Source: Psammoneis japonica (Eukaryota). From it: DNA of 20,000 bases. The notes beneath the pieces were generated by a model. That model saw nothing but the letters and a program-made list of their open reading frames with translations, did no database searches and had not been told where the DNA came from. Position 1 is the stretch's first letter. Every line of letters begins with the position of its first letter. The DNA lies in NCBI GenBank assembly GCA_008632985.1, contig QPGO01000190.1, forward strand, positions 121,495 to 141,494, written 5' to 3'. The translations under genes were made by a program, and so were the position numbers. Below are positions 1 through 10,462 of this stretch, one piece after another.

Positions 1-1
1 G

Positions 2-124
2 CGTAAAGTGGTTTTGGATGCATGGTTCTGTGCTGCCGACAGACTTGGTGTGGATCCATGGGATTGCTTAGGGATACAACGACAAGAGGACATCGGACAT
101 ACGTCTCTGCATCAACTGCTATGA
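2..124 (+). pseudogene. 3' end of a tubulin-tyrosine-ligase-family gene copy (partial; functional status unknown)
   Basis: Frame from base 2 reads RKVVLDAWFCAADRLGVDPWDCLGIQRQEDIGHTSLHQLL*, matching the C-terminus of the TTL-like ORF 7482..7769 (RRVVLDAWFCAADILGVDPWDCLGIQ). Confidence 0.75.
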
Positions 125-140
125 GTATCAACGCCTCTCA

Positions 141-880
141 TCACAGGGCCAGATAGTCACCAGACAAATCCCAGTCTTCAATGTGCTTCCCGCTTTCAAA
201 CCCTTTTGCCAATGTTGCCTTTAACAACCTCCTGGCAGTATCTTCCGACTTCACGAGTGTGCTTTCTTGGGAAGTGTGGAAGAATTTTCGTACTTTCTCG
301 TCCAGATCATGGCATTCAGTAAGCGCCGTCGTCATGGTTGCCGCTAGTAGGGTGCGTAGTTGAGGTATTCGACACTATATTTACCGCAATCTTCTTGCGA
401 TAGCGCCCGTTGAAACATACTAGCATCTATCTTCGCCTTACCAGCGCAACAAATTGACATTGTTGGAAACGGCTCTATCGCACATAGGGAAGATATGTTG
501 ACAACGACGAAGACAAAATGTGGAGGCGATGAAGGTGGGGTGCCCGACGACTTCTTGATCTATGATCTCCTGAACGAAACGACACTACTACAAACTCGAT
601 CTCACATTGAGACCAGTAGCCTCCTGGAAATTCCTTACAGACTCAAGTTTTAAGTAGGAGCCCAGAACGCCAAGCGTCCCTGCTTTGTTTATTACATGTA
701 GTATGACAAGTCAAATCGACAGAATGAAGAAGATTCCTCTTCCAGAAATCTATCAATTTACTAAGCCAATCTATCCGGCTCGGACTGGTCAATTGCATTT
801 TCACTAACTTCGAATGTTTGATGAGCTCGTGTTTCGTTTAGAAGCAGTCGTTCAGTCTCAAACAAATTGTCCTGCGACCA
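141..880 (-). pseudogene. Sepiapterin-reductase-like short-chain dehydrogenase pseudogene, copy 1, 5'-truncated
   Basis: Minus strand gives VINKAGTLG (NNAG motif), LNVRSSL* (in-frame stop), PFPTMSICCAGKA (YxxxK motif with Tyr as Cys, TGT at 449-451) and FESGKHIED. The N-terminal TGxxxGxG segment is missing because unrelated sequence begins at ~885. Confidence 0.8.
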
Positions 881-2174
881 CGCCACAAATCAGGATCTAC
901 TCTGATGCAATCCCAACCATCGTCGAGCACACGCGGCATGTGGCAGGCGGAACGATCATGAACATGGACGGTCGGCATGCGTTTTGTCTGAGTGACGTTT
1001 TCGTCAGTGCATCTTGTTTCTCTAGAAACAAACTTCTCTTCGGAGATTTTGAGTGTGTTTGTCGGGGTTCTTACATTCTCGAACAGCCCGAGGTGAAATT
1101 CGATCCGTTCTTCTCCCGCGTGCTCGCAAAGTCACTGAGCGGTGCTGCCAAATGATCTTCTGTTCTCCCTCTTTCTCACACACCCATTGCTCTTTGGACT
1201 TTTGTGCTTTGTGATGCAGGCTTTCGGTTGTCGCTCAAGGGTGACCAACACTGTCTCAATTTAATTTTACCCGACTTGACCAAAACAATGGCCAGTTGCT
1301 GGGGCATGGACGAATGCTGTCAACGGATTCTTCAGCACCGGTGCAAAAAATCTGTGTAGTGCAAAGTGGTTCTTAAAAACTTGAAGTCTGCAAGGTGCTT
1401 AAAAAACAAAGGAAATGCTGCTGCACCGCACCCAATGCATTGTTGTAGAAATCCGTGAACTGGATGATGGGTGGTTGTTGGGCAGGCGCCCTGCGTGTGT
1501 TTGTCTGGTTACGATCTGCCTGTTTTCGTGTGAAGAGGACATGGGTTAAATTCCATGGACATTTGGGCGCAACTTTAGAGTGGCACTTGAGACGACACGA
1601 CACAATGTGCCTTGCATTTTCCATCATCATTTTCACAATGCCAGTGTTTCCCTTCATGTTCGAAACCATGAGTGCGGTTTGCTTGTCACAGTCAGCACCA
1701 TCCTGTCAAATCCTTGGTCACACATGGAGGAATCGCAGCCGTGTCACCCCAAGATGCGGTGGCAAACAGCGGTCTGGTTGCACGACAATCAAGCAGCTTG
1801 CTTGCTTGTGTGCATCTGCCAAATCCTTGACTGCTGTGAGTGACTTCTTTGTCCATTTGTGCTGAGCTGGGACACACGGCATTTTGTCGCATTTGGCGAC
1901 ATTTTCTTAAATGAGTTGATGATTTGTCGTGAAAAGACGTGAATTGCGACAAAATGTCCGGGTTGGCGACAAACGGGACAGAAACATTGTTCAATTGAGT
2001 TTTAAAATGATCAATGTCATTTATGACCAACCTGCACTTTGGCGATGTCGTTTCAACAAGCGGGGCAATTGACAGAATTTGGCGGTCGATGTCATCGACG
2101 AAAATTCATCCGACAAATTTTGTCGCGGACATCCGACAAATTTGTCGGATGTCCGACAAAATTTGTCGGCATGC

Positions 2175-2295
2175 AACACGACAAGACACAACATGACACG
2201 ACACGACAAGACACGACACGACACGACACGACAAGACATGACACAACAAGACACGACACGACACAACACGTCACGACACGACGACTCACGACTCA
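2175..2295 (+). repeat. (ACACG)n-type pentanucleotide microsatellite inside the TIR element
   Basis: acacgacaagacacaacatgacacgacacgacaagacacgacacgacacgacacg... Confidence 0.9.
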
Positions 2296-2508
2296 CGAAC
2301 GAAACACCCACGCCCCCCGCACACACCAACCGCTAACGTCTCCGTTGACACTGTGTCTCTTTTGCATGATGATGCAAAGCGACGATCATGCCGCTCTCGG
2401 CGGTCTCCAATGTTTCATCCACAATCTCGTGGAGACGGCACGTCCACACGACTGGGCACTTCTGAATGTTGGGGAGCGTTGCATTATCGGCATGTCGCAA
2501 ACGTCCGT

Positions 2509-2692
2509 CTGTCGGCGTTTGTCGGCTCTTGTTGGCGTTTGTCGGCTCTTGTTGGCATTTGTCATACGTTGTCGGGGTTTGTCGGGGCTTGTCGGGGTTT
2601 GTCGGGGTTTGTCGGATGCGACAAAATTTGTCGCACGTCCGACAAAATTTGTCGCACGTCTGACAAAATTTGTCGCATCCGGCAAAATTTGT
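2509..2692 (+). repeat. 10-bp (TGTCGGGGTT-like) tandem units followed by three to four ~21-bp units containing the near-palindrome CGACAAAATTTGTCG
   Basis: tgtcggcgtttgtcggctcttgttggcgtttgtcgg...; then cgacaaaatttgtcgcacgtc repeated at 2619-2692. Mirror copies of the motif occur at 2097-2170. Confidence 0.85.
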
Positions 2693-4886
2693 CATTGACA
2701 AGTGCAGTCTTCGCCGAAAGTTAAATTCATCACATGGCACTGCAGTTGACACAACGTTTGTGTTTGGGACACGCCATTGCCAATTAAATGATGTTTTTGT
2801 CTCATTTATCGCCAACGATTGAAATTTGTCTCAAAGGGCGTTTTTCACGACAAATCGTCCAATTCATTTAAGGGAATGTCGCAATTGGCGACAAAATGCC
2901 GTGTGTCCCTGGTCTGGAAGCATGGAACAAGCCATGCCTCACTTCAATGTCATGCGTGGACCCTGCACGGCATCGAGCACATTTGCTGAAAGAAAACACA
3001 GCCCAAACGCACCACTGTGACTGGCTCTCTTTAGAGACGGGCTTTTTTGGCCAGCTCTGGTCATCCTGAATGACTCGTTGTCCACCCTTTCAGGTTTTGT
3101 CATCAAAATGAATCTCTGGAATGTGTCCCACAAAGTTGGCCACTGCAAAATCATCGTCAGACAGATCTGATGCGGACCCACCCTCTGTTTTCAATGCAGT
3201 GCAAAAATGAAGATTTAGGTGCAACAGCGGACCACAGTGGGGTGAGGCAGAGGACACCACAGGGCAACCACAGGATTCTGCTGTGCAGAGATTTGATTTT
3301 TCGAAACTTCCCTCTGACACACCGTGCGTGCATGATGTTGGGGCATGCTGCAAACACACACCATCCCACATGCCATGCCACCAGCAAATCAAAATTGACA
3401 AGACAAACCCCCATGCTGCACTGCACAAACATTTGCATTTGCCAGCAGTGGCAACAATTTCCATCTGCAATCTTGCAACAGAGAGTGGCGCAAATGCACC
3501 TTCTCAGCACTTCTTGTTTCTCTGCTGAAATTCTGTTTAAAAAAGTTTTGCTGGGTGCAAAGTCAAAAATGAGCAGACAAGTCTTCACTTGCTGCCACAG
3601 TGTGCTCGCTGTGATTCTTGGCATGGTGTGTGGAACAATGGCTCGACTGACAACTGGATGAAAATTTCAGTTCAGCAGAACCACCGCACAGTCAAAAGAA
3701 AAGAGTCATGCCACACCACCACAGCAAAAGAGCTGCTGACAAAAAGACAAACCCAAATTAAATGCTGCAAAGCAACAGTGTGCATTGAAAAAGCACATCA
3801 TCCAAAACAAGCCTCTTTCAATTCACGACGTGACACCACGCAATGTCCCAACATGTCACAGACACAAACATGATGTGCGGTCTCTGGCCACAGTGCCAGA
3901 TTCTTGGCTGCCAGCCACTCTGGCTCCTGGCAGTCTCAGCACCACTCCAAGGCCCACCATGCCAATGGCTGGCTTGCCTTCAATTTCTTGTCCCTTTGGT
4001 GGGCTGGACACTTTCTTGATGGTTGGTCAAAACATGAGAGGTGTGGATGAGTCCAAATGAGCAACTGTCCAGCGCGGCTCATTGCCAAAGACCAACACAA
4101 AGCTCAAGCCACCTCCTCACCTTGAGCACCAAGGCCAAGCCACCCCTTCCAGGAGGCTGACCACAACGGGGTTCAGTTTGCCATCGTTGGACCGATCCTT
4201 GACATTGAACAAATCCATGAAACCCCTGCAGACTCCAAGGAAAGCCAGCGGATGGTTGTGCCAACAAGCACCAGAGCAAGGCAAGCATGTGGCCAGTTCA
4301 CCCAATGTGCTCATCGAGACACAAGTTGCCAAGACACAGATGCTGCATCCCACATGGTGCACAATGCTCAAAAATCAAATTGGCAAAGGCAGCAATGTGC
4401 GGCTGAGACTCATGAGCACATTGGCACTGGAGCAACCGTTGCTGAGGGCCAACCACAAGCTGGTGGGGGGGCAAAGGTCAACAGCCCCAAACTCATCACA
4501 ATGGCATCAAAGTGTCCAAGGTTCTGCACAAAACTTGGGAGCGTTGAAATGTGCCATGAGCACCATGGAAAGCATGTGCCAAGAAGTGAAAAGGAGCTGG
4601 GGCCCAAGATGCTCAAGGCACCCTTGGCTCCAAAGGGTGGTTGCAATTTGGTCGCGACATCGCCCAAGCACACTTGCCACTCTTAGATGTGCTGTGATGG
4701 GTTGGCGGGAAATTGTTGTTGGCGCTGGCCGCATCATCATCGTGTTGAATGTGCTTGGGTGCAACCGCCATTTCGAGCATTGTTCTGCGTGCTGTTTTGC
4801 ACGTACAAATGTGCGAAAAATTTGGACGCACCGAGACCCACGGCCCGCAAGCGCACGGCATATCCAGTTGAATCTGCTGTATCACC

Positions 4887-5864
4887 ATGTCGAAACCACC
4901 GGCTGCCAAGCGCCTTTGCGTAGACTTCTCAAGCACTGTGTTTGAGCTTGTCATTGGTAGTGGATTCTTTCCATGGTATGAGTTGAATGATGAGTGCCGC
5001 GTCGTTTCAAAAGGTTGGAACGAGGCCATTTCGACGGCGTTGAACAACGCGCCATTCTTTAAACAACTTGTTGAGCACATTGGCAAGCTCAATTGCTGCA
5101 ACAAGTGTGAATGGTGCAACCAGATTTATAGTGAAAAAAGTCGTCATGTATTTTGTATGACAAATGCTGGCAGTGATGAAAGGGCTCTAAAGGAGAAGGA
5201 TCCGCGCTGCCAAGATTCGTTCGATTCGCTTTCTAGCTTTGAGAAGGCGAGGCGATTGTATCTATTCCATGCAAAATGCATTTCCAACCTCCTGTCATTC
5301 TATGGAGAAGAGCTCTCTATAGAGGAATCGCTCTGTGCCCGCTATTGCATTCCTCATGATTGGTTCTGTGGCATGACCAGTCTTCGCGATTACAATCCAA
5401 ATGCCCATTGGCTCTTCATGGGCCTCGTCGAGCTACACATTGCCAAGATCGACTTGGCGCAAGGAACTTACTGGTATAAGCCTGCCTTTGCTGGTAGAGA
5501 ACGTAGTGCTGGGCGATTCACTGGGTCTTCCTATTATGGTTGGACTCACGACATTGTATTAGAAAAGCTCAACGGCGCTCCCCACGAAGCGGATGAGCGC
5601 AGCTTTGATGCTTTTTATGTAACGCGACGATCAGGAGAAAGGGGACGCTGGTACAAATCACAATTCAATCATCTGGAGGATATTATCAAGGGAATGCTCA
5701 ACGAGCGTGATTTGGTGGCCGATCAGTTGCTTGGAGAACAGTTGGCGAACCGCATTGACATTATGCACAAGGCACGCGATTCCATGATTCCTCGTCTCCC
5801 CGACATTTTCCCACTCGAGTGGATGCCAGTCTTTGAAGACGACTATATGTACGCGATTCCATGA
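4887..5864 (+). CDS. Hypothetical protein, 325 aa, with a possible divergent N-terminal F-box-like motif
   Basis: Intact ATG-to-TGA ORF with normal composition (14 Tyr). N-terminal PPAAKR (NLS-like) and VFELVIGSGFFPWYELNDECRVVSKGWNE resemble the F-box '..VSK.W' signature. The domain call is weak. Confidence 0.7.
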   Translation: MSKPPAAKRLCVDFSSTVFELVIGSGFFPWYELNDECRVVSKGWNEAISTALNNAPFFKQLVEHIGKLNCCNKCEWCNQIYSEKSRHVFCMTNAGSDERALKEKDPRCQDSFDSLSSFEKARRLYLFHAKCISNLLSFYGEELSIEESLCARYCIPHDWFCGMTSLRDYNPNAHWLFMGLVELHIAKIDLAQGTYWYKPAFAGRERSAGRFTGSSYYGWTHDIVLEKLNGAPHEADERSFDAFYVTRRSGERGRWYKSQFNHLEDIIKGMLNERDLVADQLLGEQLANRIDIMHKARDSMIPRLPDIFPLEWMPVFEDDYMYAIP

Positions 5865-6076
5865 TTCCTCGACTGATGAGAGTTTCAGTGGATCATTATT
5901 TGTTTGTGAATAAGTGTCCGGGATGAATAGCGACGCGAATAATGATGCAAAGGGATTGTGCATATCACCGGCAATTTTCTGCATCGATCTAAATTGTACT
6001 ACCGTAGCTTTCGCTGTATGGGGTCGATTCGACGATAGGCTATGTAGCGATACTTGCATTGGCTTACTAGTTTAGA

Positions 6077-7769
6077 TTGTTTATATATACATATATTGAT
6101 TCTATGCTGCTGCGTCGGAAAGGAGTTGAAATGTACCCTAAACATGCTGCGGATGTTGGAACAAAACTTCCGTTGGGCACCAAATGCAATCGCTCTGTCC
6201 ACCAGCAGCGACTGCACCAGACAGCATTCCAGCGGTTGGGACGCTATGTGAGAGCTAGCGAGAGCGATTGACGGATCAGGAGCAGTGCATCTGCCAAGCT
6301 CTTTACGCTTCATGTCTCTCACGTATCGGTCAAGACGAGCTGGCAGTTGTTTCTTATGATGCGTCTCTTTCACTCAAGCAATTTCTTACCGAAGAAACAC
6401 TTCAGGAAGTTCTTCAAGGAAAGGCGAAAACTCTTCAAAGACTGATGCGCTACGAGGAAGCCAGGAATGTCTTCTTCAGAGGTCAAATAACGGGATACTA
6501 TACGTGTGCGCTGCAGCAACTTGCTCCCTTCGGTTGGGTGCTACAGAATGGGCAATCCGAGTTTTGAGCATGTTTTGTGAGGACATAAAGAATAGCAGTA
6601 GCTTTCGTGCATAGGTAATACTCGGAGCCTTATTGGCCGTTGTCGATCACGAGAATGTCGACCATGAACGAATTGGTAGACAACTTGCACAGGGAGCCGT
6701 AGCTGAGCCACTCTTCTCCTGGATACATGCAGTCTGGCAGCTAAAACACGGTGACAAGCTAGCCCTTCTTAACACGTCCGGCGAACGGCAACATAACGTA
6801 GATTGCCACTTGCTTCTGGCAAAGGCCAACCAATCACCATTTGATTTTCCTTCCTTGATCCAATTGGATAATGAGGTCATCCTTCATCGGCTGTTAGCGA
6901 GCAAAGATGACGGTTCGGATGGAAATTTCTGGCCCACTGGATTCGTGCTCCCGGAGGAGTCTGCGAAACTACGGGCGCATATTGCTGATTCTCAAGCCAT
7001 GTCATCTTTGCATAATCTCAAGACGTGGATTCTGAAGAAACCATGTGGATACGGATCTCATGGCAACAAGTTGGTTACAAGTACTGAAGCAATCCAGACC
7101 TCTGAGAAAATGCTGCCGGGTCAAAGATGCCTTTGCCAACTAATGGTAGAGCCGCCTTTGCTTATTGAGGGCAGGAAGTTTTCATTGCGGATTTACGTTG
7201 TATACTTTTCGGAGTCCGCTTCAGGTGACGACCAATGTGGATATCTTTTTGTCTCGGACCAGGGTTTAGTTAAACTTGCTTCTGTCCCCTACGAAATTGG
7301 ACAAGATAGAAATGACGATCGAGCTCACATGACGAATTCTGGTCGAGAAGAGGCCATGACCAAGCAAGACTTAGTGTATCTCCGAGGGAATTTTGACAAA
7401 TGAGGCTTCCATTACAGCAAATTCTGGGTTTGCACATACAAATCGATACCATCAGTCATAGGAAGTTACGTCAAGAATATAATGGTAGAGGGAACGGTAT
7501 CCTATCGGTCTCGACTTGCCACTTTTGGAACCCCCAAAATCTTGGGCTTTGACTACGTGCTCGACGCTAACGCCACACCGTTTTTGATCGAGGTCAATCG
7601 CTTTCTCAGCCGGGAAGCAAGGGACAGAGGTGAAAAGTCTGTCAAGCGTAGAGTGGTTTTGGATGCATGGTTCTGTGCTGCCGACATACTTGGTGTGGAT
7701 CCATGGGATTGTTTAGGGATACAGCATCAACTGCTGAGTATAGACACCTTTCATCACGGCGCCAGTTAG
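6077..7769 (+). pseudogene. TPR plus tubulin-tyrosine-ligase (TTL/TTLL, ATP-grasp) family gene, disrupted
   Basis: TTL motifs WILKKPCGYGSHG, CQLMVEPPLLIEGRKFSLRIYVV, GLVKLAS, HMTNS and ILGFDYVLD..PFLIEVN are present. An in-frame TGA at 7401-7403 separates same-frame ORFs 6633..7403 and 7482..7769. Upstream fragments in other frames include TPR-like KAKTLQRLMRYEEARNVF. The 5' boundary is uncertain. Confidence 0.82.
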
Positions 7770-8593
7770 TCACCAAACAAACCGCAGTCTTCAACGTGCT
7801 TCCCGCTTTCAAACCCTTTTGCCGATGTTAGATTTACCAACCTCCTGTCCGTATCCTCCGCCTTCACTAGCGTGCCTTCTTCGTGAGAAGTGTGGAAGAA
7901 TTGTCGGAGTATCTCATCCAGTTCATCGTATTCATTAAGTGCCGTCGTCGTGTTAGCCTCACACGCTAGGTGAGCGTAGTCGAGGAAAGTGACACTACGT
8001 TCACCGCGATCTTCTTGCGCTATCGCATAGTGAAACATATCTCTCTCCGCCTTGCCAACACAATAAATTGACACGGTTGGAAACGGCTCTATGGCACAGA
8101 AGGAAGACTTGTTGACAACGACAAAACGTGGAGGCGATGAAGGGGGGTGCCCGATGGCTTCTTGATCTATGATCTCCTGAACAAAACGAACTCTAAGCCA
8201 CAAACTGGATGTCACATTGAGATCAATAGCCTCCCAAATCTCATACAGACTTAAGTTTCAATTAGGAGCCCAGAAGCCCAAGCGTACCTGCGTTGCTTAT
8301 TAGTATGGCACGATCAAATCAACTGAATGAAGAAGATTCCTCTTCCAGAATTTATCCAGCTCGGAAAGGTCAAATGCAATTTCCCCAAATTCGAGTGTGT
8401 GATGAGCTTGTGTTTCGTTTGGAAGGAGTCTTTCAGTCTCAAACAAATCGTCCCGCGACCGCACTACGAGAGACACTCGAATGATGGATATTTCATCAGA
8501 AGCATTTTTAACAAAAGAAGCTGCGATGGCACGTCCAATCCCTCTTGAGGTCCCAGTAGCAATAACTAGCATGGATGACACAATGCGAATCAC
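7766..8593 (-). pseudogene. Sepiapterin-reductase-like short-chain dehydrogenase pseudogene, copy 2
   Basis: VIATGTSRGIGRAIA (Rossmann TGxxxGxG), frameshift near 8300 into LISNAGTLG followed by a stop, then NVTSSLWL, VVNKSSFCAIEPF, IYCVGKAERDMF (YxxxK) and FESGKHVED. These match the sepiapterin reductase pattern (YCAGKAARDM; FxSGxHVD). Confidence 0.85.
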
Positions 8594-8806
8594 AACGCCA
8601 CCATTTCTTCACAACGAGATCAACTCCAATGTGTTTTGCGACGGACGCGTTGTGACGGCCTCTTCGGTCTAACTTGCCAAGCTGGAAGAGCGAGAGAAGC
8701 GCGCTATCCTTATAAAATTACTCGACTGAAATCAATGACTCACCATAATGTACGGTGGTAGCAACATCGAAAAAAGGTTAACTTCTTCAGGCTTCAGAAG
8801 ACGAAT

Positions 8807-9981
8807 CTAGTACCCATCCGGCCACTGGACAGGAAGCATCTTGTCATCGAAACACTTCCCTTCATCTAACCCGGTACCCCAGGTAACTCGCTTGGCAAGA
8901 ATTTGGACGCCAGCTTGTTCAGCTTTACGAAGATACTTGCAAAGGAAGGACAAGCTTCGTGGTTCGGTCGAAAGGATTCGGCATCGCCTCTAATCACAAC
9001 AAATAACACGGTGGTTTTGTATCGTTCACCATTTTCCCCGCGCAGTGTGCCTTTAGCAATGCGAGTGAGCTCTTGGACGTGGTGTATGGCACGAGCCGAG
9101 ACAACCTTTTCGCCATCTGGTCCTTTTTGATTTGATTTACCCCAAGGGAATATAGCTGTTCTGCTGTACGGCTGCTGATCGCTTGCAAAGATGCACTTTA
9201 GCTTTTCAGGATTTGGTAGAGCTGAGGAAGCATAGTCGGTGTCTACCACGGTTTTCACTTCAACAATACGCTTCGTGCCATCCAACTGAGTCACTAAGAA
9301 ATCACTGCGCATATTTGCTCCGCATGGATTTCGGATTTGTGTTTGAATGCTGGACATGCGAGGCAAGTCAGGAATCAGATTGTTGCGCAGCCAGGTCTCG
9401 GCAATGCGTTCTCCAAGAGACGGGTGTGCGCCAACCCATGTGGGAGGATAAAGCGTCGGTTCGAGGTGGGATTCGTCAACGAGCAGTAATTGAGTAATGA
9501 ACTCACACTTTGGCGTTCCGTACTTGGGAGAGACTGCGTCCGCACCAATTTTTACGCCATTTCGACCACGAGCAGGCTTAAGCAAGAGCGAGGCGCCGGG
9601 AACACACTTACCACCCATGTCAAGATTTGGTACATGCGCGATGGCTTCACGTTGTTCAGCTTCGAGCCATACGTCAGCAACATATGGGCTCCTGTTGCGC
9701 TTGGAAGGCCGAGCTGTCAATTTCGCCTCAACAAGCTCCTCATCTACGGCAAGGGAGAACAGAGGATCTCGACACCCGTCGCAATCCGTTGAAATGATCG
9801 GTTCAGGAGACGCCGCCCCTCCTTTTTTCATCGTCCCCCCCAATTGAGAAGTCCTCGCCTTTTTGGCTGCGACTTTTCTTGTCACACTCGAGCGGCGCGT
9901 AGAAACCATGACAGCGAAAGATCGACCTAAATCTAGTTCAGCGAAGAGAGCAGACGGAAGGAACAAGAGCTTGACTCTCAT
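8807..9981 (-). pseudogene. sfsA: SfsA-like (sugar fermentation stimulation protein, PD-(D/E)XK nuclease fold) gene with a 1-bp frameshift near 8937 (real lesion or sequence error)
   Basis: Motifs RPSKRNRSPYVADV, AHVPN, RSDFLV, VEVKTV, AIFP, VSARAIHHVQEL and LFVVIRGDAESFRPN. After CPSFA the SfsA-like tail continues in another frame (YLRKAEQAGVQILAKRVTWG...QWPDGY*) to a stop at 8807. The start may be at 9981 or 9909. Confidence 0.85.
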
Positions 9982-10246
9982 GCGGTTCAAGAAATGGAGG
10001 ATCGTATGAAGTCTTCGTAGTAGCAACACAGAGTCTTCTCATGCGGTACCTGACAGTCATGGGCGAGAAGTTGGGAATAAAGAATCATCAGCCGACCGCT
10101 GACGGTTGCGTGAAAGTACCGTATGCGAGATGAGATAGAGAGTAGACTCCTCTAATCTGTCGTCCATCAGGTTCTGAGTTAGTTCTTGAATTTTCCCGAC
10201 CCCGCCTCCTCCCCCCAAACTCCCCACGCTACCGCGCAAAACCTCG

Positions 10247-10462
10247 CAGCCAAGACTCTAAGCCAAGCAAGGAGAGGACCTCCTTGACTGGACCGAGAGT
10301 CACCGCGCGAATGTAGGAGCGAAATGGGTTGAAGGACGGACGACGGACGAGACGAGCGGAAACGAGGCCAGCCCAAGGGATCCCCTCATTGTCTGGCAGG
10401 ATGGGAGACACCATGGCACTGTCGGAGGCGTCTCCTGGGAGATGCCAACGATGAAAATCGAA
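10247..10462 (+). repeat. Split direct repeat A1 (216 bp)
   Basis: Identical to 18203..18418 except T10314 versus C18270 (gaatgTAgg / gaatgCAgg). Confidence 0.97.

Larger units (their letters stand above)
1..880 (+). repeat. Diverged direct (segmental) duplicate of 7646..8460, covering the TTL 3' end and the SDR gene; runs off the left window edge
   Basis: 1 gcgtaaagtggttttggatgcatggttctgtgctgccgac aligns with 7646 gcgtagagtggttttggatgcatggttctgtgctgccgac. Colinear similarity with indels continues to cagtctcaaacaaattgtcctgcgacc (~880) versus cagtctcaaacaaatcgtcccgcgacc (~8460). Confidence 0.93.
1870..2908. mobile_element. Non-autonomous TIR DNA transposon (MITE-like, ~1.04 kb), possibly PIF/Harbinger-type
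   Basis: Left end GGACACACGGCATTTTGTCGC and right end GCGACAAAATGCCGTGTGTCC are exact reverse complements, and imperfect inversion extends ~130 bp. The element is flanked by CTG at 1867-1869 and 2909-2911 (candidate 3-bp TSD). No transposase ORF is present. Confidence 0.85.
885..4800. other. Degenerate repeat/TE-like block, strongly TpA-depleted and in part CpG-depleted; family not identifiable
   Basis: About 4 TA dinucleotides in 3181-4800, all in TTAA/TTAG context. Many overlapping Cys/His/Trp/Gln-rich ORFs in all frames have no recognisable domain. The block begins where the duplicated SDR copy is cut off. Confidence 0.6.

Noticed and set aside
2097..2692. CRISPR-like array of palindromic repeats
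   Set aside because: The units are tandem with no unique 25-45-bp spacers, there are no cas genes, and they lie inside a eukaryotic TIR element.
885..4945. Many 60-290 aa ORFs on both strands (e.g. 4082..4945, 2039..2698, 3170..3661)
   Set aside because: They have no domain motifs. They stay open because TAA/TAG are missing in TpA-depleted DNA or because they run through microsatellites.
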